Source: Macrostomum hystrix
Taxonomy: Eukaryota > Animalia > Platyhelminthes
NCBI GenBank assembly: GCA_950097015.1
Contig: CATNEN010000031.1
Location: 3,224,001 to 3,288,000 of the forward strand
Length of the DNA: 64,000 bases
Direction: 5' to 3'
The notes under the pieces are model-generated. The model was not told the DNA's origin and searched no databases. It was given only the letters and a program-made list of their open reading frames with translations. The position numbers and the translations under genes were made by a program. Of this stretch, positions 1 through 11,864 are shown piece after piece (position 1 is the stretch's first letter; each line of letters starts with the position of its first letter).

Positions 1-395
1 GGCACCCTTCTCACGCCTTTGAAACCCCCAATAATTAGGCAGCCTAGAACTTTGGCACCCTTCCTCACGCCTTTGAAACCCCCAATAATTAGGCAGCCTA
101 GAACTTTGGCACTCTTCCTCACGCCTTTGAAACCCCCAATAATTAGGCAGCCTAGAACTTTGGCACCCTTCCTCACGCCTTTGAAACCCTCAATAATTAG
201 GCAGCCTAGAAGTTTGCCACCCTTCCTCACGCCTTTGAAACCCCCAATAATTAGGCAGCCTAGAACTTTGGCACTCTTCCTCACGCCTTTGAAACCCCCA
301 ATAATTAGGCAGCCTAGAACTTTGGCACCCTTCCTCACGCCTTTGAAACCCCCAATAAGTAGGCAGCCTAGAAGTTTGCCACCCTTCCTAACTAC
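1..395. repeat. Minisatellite, 54-bp unit, ~7 copies (runs off window start)
   Basis: Unit ttcctcacgcctttgaaacccccaataattaggcagcctagaactttggcaccc; explains ORF 19..411. Confidence 0.95.
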
Positions 396-698
396 TTCGA
401 AGCGCCAATAAATTCACTCGACCCTTGCATAGACCGTGTCCATTACATGATTTTACTTATTCGGCAGCACATCGCACAGAAATTCTAGCCTCGCCGCAGT
501 TTAATAATTATTTTATCTTAAAAATGTGCAACACGTACATTTACAGCGTACATGTACATATAAATGCACAAGGCCGCCGCCTAACGGCAATTTCCTTATC
601 AGCACACGCTGGAAGACAAGTCTCTGGACAAACTCAGCTCAGACTAATAACTGCAGTTTAAGAGTTGTAATTAGCTAACGTAGAAGAGTTTAGCCGAC

Positions 699-3600
699 AT
701 GGACCTGGCATCGGTGCTGATTGCCCTGGCAGCCGCCTGGGGCCTAGTTACTCTACTGGTTCGCCGACCTTCGGCCCGCCCGCTGTTCGGCGTCTACGCC
801 CAGCCGGGCCGTTGGTTCAGCCTGAAGTACGCCGCCTTCCTTCTGCTGCTGCGCCTGCGGCGGCTGCGCAAGTCGAAGCCGGCCGGCGACAAATCCGCCG
901 CCGGTTTGGGGGTGGCTTCGCGAAACTCGCCAGCAGAGATGGAGCGGCCGCAGCAGATGCCGGATGAGCGAAAGTATCCGAATGTGAGCCTGGGAGGATA
1001 TTTCACACTAAATTAGTTACAAACCGCTTTAGTGGTAACACCAGAGGTCCCTGAGCTCGAATCCGCAACCCTTAAACCAACTCGCAGGCCGTTGACGCGG
1101 TGTATTTCAACGGAGCTGACCAGCTAGGCAACAATCTGATCATGGCGGCCTCGCGCAGGCAGAGCAGCCTGCTGCAGTGCATCTCCATTTTCCGGTTGGC
1201 CGGAATCGGCCTGCTGGAGCAGCCCAAGCAGCCGGACACCAACTTCACCAAGGAGGAGGGCGCCGACTGCGCGGCCGGCTTCATCAAGTCCGACATGCGA
1301 ATTGAGTGCCTGGAGCCAATGCAGGTGGGTTTGAGCATGGGATGGCTTGAGCATGCTTTTAGTATGGATCTATTGAGTATGGGATCTATTGAGCATGGGA
1401 AGCATTGAGTATGGGAAGCGTTGTATGGAATCCATTGAGTATGGGATCCATTGAGTATGGGATCCATTGAGTATGGGATCCATTGAGTATGGGATTTATT
1501 GAGTATGGGATCCATTGAGTATGGGAAGCATTGATTATGGGAAGCATTGAGTATGGGATCCATTGAGTATGGGATCCGTTGAGTATGGGAAGCATTGAGT
1601 ATGGGATTTATTGAGTATGGGAAGCATTGAGTATTGGAAGCATTGAGTATGGGAAGCATTGAGTATGGGAAGCATTGAGTATGGGAAGCATTGAGTATGG
1701 GAAACATTGAGTATGGGATTTATTGAGTATGGGATCCATTGAGTATGGGAAGCATTGATTATGGGAAGCATTGAGTATGGGATCCATTGAGTATGGGATC
1801 CGTTGAGTATGGGAAGCATTGAGTATGGGATTTATTGAGTATAGGAATCATTGAGTATGGGAAGCATTGAGTATGGGATTTATTGAGTATAGGAATCATT
1901 GAGTATGGGAAGCATTAAGTATGGGAAGCATTGAGTATGGGAAGCATTGAGTATGGGAAGCATTGAGTATGTCATCCATTGAGTATGGGAAGCATTGAGT
2001 ATTGGAAGCATTGAGTATGGGAAGCATTGAGTATGGGAAGCATTGAGTATGGGAAGCATTGAGTATGGGAAACATTGAGTATGGGATTTATTGAGTATGG
2101 GATCCATTGAGTATGGGAAGCATTGATTATGGGAAGCATTGAGTATGGGATCCATTGAGTATGGGATCCGTTGAGTATGGGAAGCATTGAGTATGGGATT
2201 TATTGAGTATAGGAATCATTGAGTATGGGAAGCATTGAGTATGGGATTTATTGAGTATAGGAATCATTGAGTATGGGAAGCATTAAGTATGGGAAGCATT
2301 GAGTATGGGAAGCATTGAGTATGGGATTTATTGAGTATAGGAATCATTGAGTATGGGAAGCATTAAGTATGGGAAGCATTGAGTATGGGAAGCATTGAGT
2401 ATGGGAAGCATTGAGTATTGGAAGCATTGAGTATGGGATCCATTGAGTATGGGAAGCATTGAGTATGGGAAGCATTGAGTATGGGAAGCATTGAGTATGG
2501 GAAGCATTGAGTATGGGAAGCATTATGGGGAATATATTAATGTGTGGCTAGGCTACTGATAGTAGTAGTACAGTGCCGCTTTTACTCTGCACGCAGGCCT
2601 GGAAGCTGGAGTTTGATGGCGAGATGACACTCCAGCCCGAGGCCGAGGCGGAGAAGCGTCGCCGTCAGCTGGGCACCACCGGCGGCGGCGCCGGCCGGCG
2701 GGTCCGGGTTCGAGCCCAGCTGACTTGGCGCGCCCTGCACCGGCAGTTCGACTTTGACACGGACCAGGACAGCCACCCGCTGGCTGAGGCGGTGGCCAGC
2801 GAGGAGTGGAGCGGCGAGATGTTCAAACGCTTGGAGAGGTGCTTCCGACTTTCAATTATATGCTTGATTCAATAGGGATTCCTCACAGATTCTCTACTCG
2901 TTTTGGCGGTCTAGTTTAGAATTAGAAATACCACGGGTTCATTTCAAATACTCACCGACAGCTCCCAAACCGAACGACCGATTTTCGTGAAAGTCCCCCC
3001 ATATGGATAAACATTTCCGCCCTTCACGATGAACTGACTCTTCAAAGCAGTCCGACGTCAGCATCGTCAAGATATTCAGCGATTCTTGTCCAAGAGCCTG
3101 GTGACAAGGACAGCTAACATTGCCCAGTATAAACCTCTGTGGCGACCAACCAACCCATATTGGTTCATAATATAAAAATATCCTATGTGGTCTTTCCGCT
3201 GTGCAAATGTGACTCAAACTTCCGCCCAGTGTGCACCAGACTCACTACGAGCAGTTCGGCGAGATCACCGGCCCAGTCTACATCGACGGTGAGAAGGCGG
3301 CCGACCTCAAGCTGCAGGGCGCCCGGGATCATTCGTACGGCAACCATCGGGTCTGGTCGGATCTGTACCGCTACGGCCTGCAGTACATCTACCTGCAGGA
3401 CCGCACCTGTATTGCTGTTGGCTGCGTGTCCATGCCAAACTACCTGTCCAAGTGAGTTGCGCATTGCCGCAGTCACAGATTCACCATCACAGTCCCAGAT
3501 TCACCATCACAGTCCCAGATTCACCATCACAGTCCATGTATCACCATCACAGTCCCAGATTCACCATCACAGTCCATGTAACACCATCACAGTCCCAGAT

Positions 3601-4187
3601 TCACCATCACAGTCCCAGATTCACCATCACAGTCCCAGATTCACCATCACAGTCCCAGATTCACCATCACTGTCCCTTATCACCATTACAGTTACAGATT
3701 CACCATCACAGTCCCAGATTCACCATCAGAGTCCCAGATTCACCATCAGAGTCCCAGATTCACCATCAGAGTCCCAGATTCACCATCAGAGTCCCAGATT
3801 CACCATCAGAGTCCCAGCTTCACTATCACAGTCCCAGCTTCACCGAGGAGCCGCCCCCTCCCCCGCAGCCTGGTGATCGGGTTCGTGTGCACCCCAGACG
3901 GCCGGGTGGTCCCGCTGCGCCAGTCGGACTTCCGGCTGTACAACGAAGGCCAGGATGGCCGGGCTCCGGCGGACTTCCGCATTCGCTGCCTGGCAGGCGG
4001 GCAGTCCTACACTGTGCAGTGCCGAGTAGCCGACCAGGCCGTGTTCTGCATGGGCAGCAGTGCCGAGGCCAGAATCTACGAGAGATTCTGCCACTTCGAT
4101 GTGAACGGCGTGCCCGGCTGGGGCGTCAGCGAGTGGTGCTACCGCAACAAGGAGCCCTGGCCCGCCTGGCAACACGAGCAGCACTGA
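699..4187 (+). CDS. Uncharacterised 434-aa protein with N-terminal hydrophobic anchor and RDHSxG motif (possible AttH/CrtC/tocopherol-cyclase-like beta-barrel fold)
   Basis: Five exons with GT-AG junctions and matching phases: 699-983, 1088-1324, 2597-2838, 3230-3451, 3869-4187 (1305 nt). Motifs HQTHYEQFG, GARDHSYGNHRVW and GWGVSEWCYR. The gene structure is solid; the fold assignment is from memory of the motif only. Confidence 0.8.
1345..2525. repeat. Minisatellite, 16-bp unit, fills intron 2 of the first gene
   Basis: Unit cattgagtatgggaag with gatc/attta variants. Confidence 0.95.
3470..3845. repeat. Minisatellite, 20-bp unit, fills intron 4 of the first gene
   Basis: Unit agtcccagattcaccatcac. 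Confidence 0.95.
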
Positions 4188-4734
4188 GCCGCTGACCCAT
4201 GGGTCGGATCCACATCCTCTGAACTACTAACTGACCATAAAAACTAGTTACGATTTAAATAAGAAATTTGCAAACAGGCATGAATATGCGTCAATGAAAT
4301 GGAAATACAGTGTTGGCCACTAGCAATTGGCAATTGGAAGGGTTCTATTTGCCCTTCTAAATAGTTTTTGCAGGTCTTTCGTACAGAGTAGAGTGCCTGT
4401 TGAGAATTACAGAAAACTTTTGAAACTCATTTGAGAACAGAAACGTTAAAAAAAGATAAAATACAGTAATACGAAAAAACTACATAACTAGGCTAGACTA
4501 AGTGTATCATTAAATATGCCTAGCAAAAACAATCTACGAAAAACTGAAAAATAGAGGCCTTTAATCAACAAAAAACAAGGAGCAAAACCAAAGCATTGCA
4601 CACACTACTACAAGTAGAGATTGAAGCATAGAAACAATTGTAGGCCTGTATGCGGGCAGACAATCTGATTGCGATAACTGCAACTAAAATAGCAACTAAA
4701 TAAACAGCAACACAGCTTAGCAACAACAATTTGG

Positions 4735-6515
4735 TGTGTCAGCTAGGGCTCAACTGAGGACAATCCACTGACCAGGATATGGTGTCAGCTTAGGGCTCAA
4801 CTGAGGACAATCCACTCACCAGGATAGGGTGTCAGCTTAGGGCTCAACTGAGGACAATCCACTGACCAGGATATGGTGTCAGCTTAGGGCTCAACTGAGG
4901 ACAATCCACTGACCAGGATAGGGTGTCAGCTTAGGGCTCAACTGAGGACAATCCACTCACCAGGATAGGGTGTCAGCTTAGGGCTCAACTGAGGACAATC
5001 CACTGACCAGGATAGGGTGTCAGCTAGGGCTCAACTGAGGACAATCCACTGACCAGGATATGGTGTCAGCTAGGGCTCAACTGAGGACAATCCACTGACC
5101 AGGATAGGGTGTCAGCTTAGGGCTCAACTGAGGACAATCCACTGACCAGGATAGGGTGTCAGCTAGGGCTCAACTGAGGACAATCCACTGACCAGGATAT
5201 GGTGTCAGCTTAGGGCTCAACTGAGGACAATCCACTCACCAGGATAGGGTGTCAGCTTAGGGCTCAACTGAGGACAATCCACTGACCAGGATATGGTGTC
5301 AGCTTAGGGCTCAACTGAGGACAATCCACTGACCAGGATAGGGTGTCAGCTTAGGGCTCAACTGAGGACAATCCACTCACCAGGATAGGGTGTCAGCTAG
5401 GGCTCAATTGAGGACAATCCACAGACCAGGATAGGGTGTCAGCTTAGGGTTCAACTGAGGACAATCCACTCACCAGGATAGGGTGTCAGCTAGGGCTCAA
5501 CTGAGGACAATCCACAGACCAGGATAGGGTGTCAGCATAGGGCTCAACTGAGGACAATCCACTGACCAGGATAGGGTGTCAGCATAGGGCTCAACTGAGG
5601 ACAATCCACTCACCAGGATAGGGTGTCAGCTAGGGCTCAACTGAGGTCAATCCACTGACCAGGATAGGGTGTCAACTGAGGACAATCCACTGACCAGGAT
5701 AGGGTGTCAACTGAGGACAATCCACTGACCAGGATAGGGTGTCAACTGAGGACAATCCACTGACCAGGATAGGGTGTCAACTGAGGACAATCCACTGACC
5801 AGGATAGGGTGTCAGCTTAGGGCTCAACTGAGGACAATCCACTCACCAGGATAGGGTGTCAGCTTAGGGCTCAACTGAGGACAATCCACTGACCAGGATA
5901 GGGTGTCAGCTAGGGCTCAACTGAGGACAATCCACAGACCAGGATAGGGTGTCAGCATAGGGCTCAACTGAGGACAATCCACTGACCAGGATAGGGTGTC
6001 AACTGAGGACAATCCACTCACCAGGATAGGGTGTCAGCTAGGGCTCAACTGAGGTCAATCCACTGACCAGGATAGGGTGTCAACTGAGGACAATCCACTG
6101 ACCAGGATAAGGTGTCAACTGAGGACAATCCACTGACCAGGATAGGGTGTCAACTGAGGACAATCCACTGACCAGGATAGGGTGTCAACTGAGGACAATC
6201 CACTGACCAGGATAGGGTGTCAGCTAGGGCTCAACTGAGGACATTCCACTGACCAGGATAGGGTGTCAACTGAGGACAATCCACTGACCAGGATAGGGTG
6301 TCAGCTAGGGCTCAACTGAGGACATTCCACTGACCAGGATAGGGTGTCAGCTTAGGGCTCAACTGAGGACAATCCACTGACCAGGATAGGGTGTCAGCTA
6401 GGGCTCAACTGAGGACAATCCACTGACCAGGATAGGGTGTCAACTGAGGACAATCCACTGACCAGGATAGGGTGTCAACTGAGGACAATCCACTGACCAG
6501 GACAGGGTGTCAGCT
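4735..6515. repeat. Minisatellite, 46/47-bp unit with a 35-bp deletion variant, between convergent 3' ends
   Basis: Unit gtgtcagct(t)agggctcaactgaggacaatccactgaccaggatagg. Confidence 0.95.
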
Positions 6516-6968
6516 CAGGCGTTTAGCTGGTGGGTGAAATGATGTGCCAAAAAGCACAAAACAAAAAGTGAAAGTGTTGGCAAAGTTGAGAAGCTTATTT
6601 AATCACAGAAAACTAAGCAGCTAGCGTGTGAACATTAGAGTTTTAGAAGATTGTGAAAACTGATTAGACGAGTGACGTATGAGACGTGATGAGACGTGTA
6701 TCATTACGTTTTACTATCCAATAAACGATGAATAGACAATAGCTGCTACTAAATTTAGCTAGAAATAAATACAAATAAAAGGCATGGATTAAAAATGATT
6801 CTAGGCAATCTAGCCAATTAGACACACAAAAGAGTTACACAGTCTAGAAAACCGAATGAGTAGTAATCTAACCACACCCGTTTCACTAATAGCCAAGTCA
6901 AATTGGACTACACTAATCGATTAATACACACACACGAACGTCAAAATCAATTAGCTTGTAGTTATTAG

Positions 6969-9900
6969 TTAGCTACGCTTCGTTCTCTTGTCGTCAGCAG
7001 TCGTCGGGGCTGTGACAGCCGGTCGCAGCAGTGCCAGAAGGCGCAGATGAGTCTCGGTGAATATCAAGGTGCCGCCGAACACGCAAGCTGTACCTAGCCA
7101 GTGCAGTGCCGTGAATCTATTATTAAAATAGAAGATTGAGAAAAGCAGGCTGCTAAATTTGCGCAGGGTGACAACCAGAGTGACAGCCAGAGAGGAGCAC
7201 TCTGTTGTCAGGATGAACACGCCCCGGATGCACAGGTACTGCGTCAGCACGTTAAGGGCCAGCCACACCCACAGGCGCGGCACCGGCAGAGGCCAGAGCG
7301 GCGCTGATTGGCTAAACAATAGTACATGATGCCAGATATCGGCGCCAAGTAGCAGGAAGCCGGGCAATGGTAGGCAGTGATTGTAATATAGCGACTCGTC
7401 CGGGTGCTTGCCATACTTGCGGTAGGTTTCCTCCTGCGGGTGATGCGGCCCGAATTTAACTAATTTGTCCATCAGTCTACGGACACAATGTCATTCAGTC
7501 TACGGCACAGAATATTTATATATTCTGTGGTCTACACCATTGAAAGACACCATGTCCTTCGGTATACGGACACCATGTCTTTCAGGTCTACAGACATGTC
7601 CTTCAGGACTGTCAGTGTATGGACACCATGTCTGTCTGTCAGTGTATGGACACCATGTCTGTCAGTGTATGGACACAATGTCTGTCAGTGTATGGACACA
7701 ATGTCTGTCTGTCAGTGTATGGACACCATGTCTGTCTATCAGTGTATGGACACCATGTCTGTCAGTCAGTGTATGGACACCATGTCTGTCTGTCAGTGTA
7801 TGGACACCATGTCTGTCTATCAGTGTATGGACACCATGTCTGTCTGTCAGTGTATGGACACCATGTCTGTCTGTCAGTGTATGGACACCATGTCTGTCAG
7901 TGTATGGACACCATGTCTGTCTGTCAGTGTATGGACACCATGTCTGTCTGTCAGTGTATGGACACCATGTCTGTCTGTCAGTGTATGGACACCATGTCTG
8001 TCAGTGTATGGACACAATGTCTGTCAGTGTATGGACACAATGTCTGTCTGTCAGTGTATGGACACCATGTCTGTCTATCAGTGTATGGACACCATGTCTG
8101 TCTGTCAGTGTATGGACACCATGTCTGTCTTTCAGTGTATGGACACCATGTCTGTCAGTGTATGGACACCATGTCTGTCTGTCAGTGTATGGACACCATG
8201 TCTGCCTGTGTATGGACACCATGTCTGTCAGTGTATGGACACCATGTCTGTCTGTCAGTGTATGGACACCATGTCTGTCAGTGTATGGACACAATGTCTG
8301 TCAGTGTATGGACACAATGTCTGTCTGTCAGTGTATGGACACCATGTCTGTCTATCAGTGTATGGACACCATGTCTGTCAGTGTATGGACACAATGTCTG
8401 TCAGTGTATGGACACAATGTCTGTCTGTCAGTGTATGGACACCATGTCTGTCTATCAGTGTATGGACACCATGTCTGTCTGTCAGTGTATGGACACCATG
8501 TCTGTCTGTCAGTGTATGGACACAATGTCTGTCTGTCAGTGTATGGACACAATGTCTGTCTTTCAGTGTATGGACACCATGTCTGTCTGTCAGTGTATGG
8601 ACACAATGTCTGTCTTTCAGTGTATGGACACCATGTCTGTCTGTCAGTGTATGGACACAATGTCTGTCTTTCAGTGTATGGACACCATGTCTGTCTGTCA
8701 GTGTATGGACACAATGTCTGTCTGTCAGTGTATGGACACAATGTCTGTCTTTCAGTGTATGGACACCATGTCTGTCTGTCAGTGTATGGACACAATGTCT
8801 GTCTTTCAGTGTATGGACACCATGTCTGTCAGGTCTACAGACATGTCCTTCAGGCCTGTCAGTGTATGGACACAATGTCTGTCTTTCAGTGTATGGACAC
8901 CATGTCTGTCAGTGTATGGACACCATGTCTGTCAGTGTATGGACACCATGTCTGTCAGTGTATGGACACCATGTCTGTCTGTCAGTGTATGGACACCATG
9001 TCAATGCAGTACAGTGAATTGAACACCTAAAAGCCCAGAGCCAATCAGCAAGCCTCACCTGAAAGATGCCCATGCGAGCCGACATGAACAGGGCAAACAC
9101 CAGCATGAGAATACCAAGGCACCAGCGGAGCAGTTCCACCTGTTCCGATGCCGCGGACGCAGCTTCAGCTTCGTCAAGAGGCGGCCGTCTGGCATCCGAC
9201 GCTGATTCGATGGTGCAGATCACAATGCCGGCTGATATCACCATGACGGAGGCGTACTTAGAGATCGGGTACGACTTGTTCAGAATTATGACGCCCAGTA
9301 CCAAGTTGGCCATTAGGGAGCCAGACCTGCGAATTTTTAAGTGGGAAAGAAATTTGACTTTCACATGGAAGGAATGAGATGGAAGGATTGAGACTCTCAT
9401 GTTCACAGGTGAGGATTGAGAGTGGACTGCAGTTCACAGGTGAGGATTGAGAGTTGACTGCAGTTCACAGGTGAGGATTGAGAGTGGACTGCAGTTCACA
9501 GGTGGAAATGAAGGTGGACTGGACTGCAGTGCACAGGTGGAAATGAAAGTGGACTGGACTGCAATTCACAGGTGGAAATTAAGGTGGACTGGACGGCAGT
9601 TCCCAGGTGGAAATGAAGGTGGACTGGACGGCAGTTCACAGGTGGAAATGAAGGTGGACTGGACGGCAGTTCACAGGTGGAAATGAAGGTGGACTGGACG
9701 GCAGTTCACAGGTGGAAATGAAGGTGGACTGGACGGCAGTTCACAGGTGGAAATGAAGGTGGACTGGACTGCAATTCACAGGTGGAAATGAAGGTGGACT
9801 GGACGGCAGTTCACAGGTGGAAATGAAGGTGGACTGGACTGCAATTCACAGGATCACATAAGCAAATTATCGGCAGGCCAGTCAGAGGTCACCAACCTGA

Positions 9901-10177
9901 AAATCATATGCAGTGGCATAGATATGTTGAAATTGAGAGCATAATTGTTGACCACCTGTACAACAAAGAACATAGACACCATCAGTGCATAGTAGGACAG
10001 GGGAATAGCCGGCTTAGCGGTGCCAAATTTGGCCGTAGTTACAAAACCGAGCGCGGCAATGAAGAGGAACTGAAAGAAGGTGACAATGTTTCCGCTGCTA
10101 GGCGCCTCCTTGATAATCAGCTCCAAGAAGAATACGTTTGAACAGCAGCCGGCGAACACCATGCCGATGCCGAACAT
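6969..10177 (-). CDS. SLC35B4: Nucleotide-sugar (UDP-xylose/UDP-GlcNAc) transporter SLC35B4, ~337 aa
   Basis: Exons 10177-9897, 9326-9059, 7433-6969 join in frame. VFAGCCSN, GNIVTFFQFLFIA, MPLHMIFRSGSL, SARMGIFQE and LVVTLRKF closely match the SLC35B4/YEA4 family. Confidence 0.95.
7465..9005. repeat. Minisatellite, 23/27-bp units, fills SLC35B4 intron 2
   Basis: Unit gtctgt(ctgt)cagtgtatggacaccat. Confidence 0.95.
9400..9852. repeat. Minisatellite, ~35-bp unit, SLC35B4 intron 1
   Basis: Unit cagttcacaggtggaaatgaaggtggactggacgg. Confidence 0.93.
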
Positions 10178-10899
10178 AGCCGCCCGCGACAGCTGTGACG
10201 GCTGATGCGACTGCGCAGACTGCTGCTGAAAGTAGCGAGTAACGCGATTTTATGCTATTTTATGTTCAGTTTGTAAAAAACTGGATCTTTTTTTCAACTG
10301 TAAAATAACGCAATACAGGCGACACTACTATGAGTAAATGAATCCGATTTGACTCGTCTTGTGAGTATACTATATTTAAATAAATGTATATATATACACA
10401 ACTAGGTAAAATGGCCATTAGACGCATTGAAGCAGTCTATAAGTTTGCTTGTAAACAAATCAGAGTTCCGTCTTTTTAAAAATTATGCAACAAATCAATC
10501 TGGAGTCCAGACACCTGATGGGATGTACATGAATATAGCATAAAAATATTGAATTTTATCATAACTTTCGCAATCACAGTAGACTTTAGAAGTAAAGCAT
10601 AAAAGAAATAATAGATGGCAATGCAGATTTTCCATATTTTTTGGGAATGACAAAAAATACTGTATCCTAGTTTGAATTTACAATTTATCTGTCACAGCGC
10701 GCAATAAAAATGTTGCAAAAAGTGCACAAGTTACTACTAACAGGTAATAGTAAGAAACAGCTTAGTAAGAAACAATTTTTTAAGGCTGGCAAAAATGGAT
10801 CGCACTGGATCACAGGGGAATATCGTGACTAAGCAAAATAAGAACATAATTATTAATAACAGTTCAGTTGTGAGTTAAGTTGTCTCTCAAATTACTACC

Positions 10900-11800
10900 C
10901 TACTCACAGTAGACAGTTGAGTTATCACTCAACTAACCATCCTACTGACAGTAGACAGATGAGTTGACAATCAACTAACCATCCTACTGACAGTAGACAG
11001 ATGAGTTGACATTAAACTAACCATGCTACTGACAGTAGACAAATGAGTTGACAATCAACTAACCATCCTACTGACAGTAGACAGATGAGTTGTCATTCAA
11101 CTAACCATGCTACTGACAGTAGACAGATGAGTTGTCATTCAACTAACCATGCTACTGACAGTAGACAGATGAGTTGTCATTCAACTAACCATCCTACTGA
11201 CAGTAGACAGATGAGTTGTCATTCAACTAACCATGCTACTGACAGTAGACAGATGAGTTGACAATCAACTAACCATCCTACTGACAGTAGACAGATGAGT
11301 TGTCATTCAACTAACCATGCTACTGACAGTAGACAGATGAGTTGTCATTCAACTAACCATCCTACTGACAGTAGACAGATGAGTTGTCATTCAACTAACC
11401 ATCCTACTGACAGTAGACAGATGAGTTGTCATTCAACTAACCATGCTACTGACAGTAGACAGATGAGTTGTCATTCAACTAACCATGCTACTGACAGTAG
11501 ACAGATGAGTTGTCATTCAACTAACCATGCTACTGACAGTAGACAGATGAGTTGACATTAAACTAACCATGCTACTGACAGTAGACAGATGAGTTGTCAT
11601 TCAACTAACCATGCTACTGACAGTAGACAGATGAGTTGACATTAAACTAACCATGCTACTGACAGTAGACAGATGAGTTGTCATTCAACTAACCACCCTA
11701 CTGACAGTAGACAGATGAGTTGACATTCAAATAACCCTGCTACTGACAGTAGACAGATGAGTTGTCATTCAACTAACCATGCTACTGACAGTAGACAGTT
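10900..11800. repeat. Minisatellite, 42-bp unit, just 3' of the RasGEF stop
   Basis: Unit ctactgacagtagacagatgagttgtcattcaactaaccatg. Confidence 0.95.
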
Positions 11801-11864
11801 TTGAAGATAAAAATATAAAAATATACGAAAAAACGATAAAAAGCAATCAGAAGGCGTTCAAGCT

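Noticed and set aside
2939-3217. 92-aa antisense ORF in intron 3 of the first gene
   Set aside because: No recognisable motif or supporting splice sites; could be a decayed insertion but is unsupported.
7465-9030. ORFs of 467-521 aa in all three + frames (Cys/Val-rich)
   Set aside because: Translation of a stop-free 23/27-bp minisatellite lying antisense within SLC35B4 intron 2; the peptide period equals the repeat unit.
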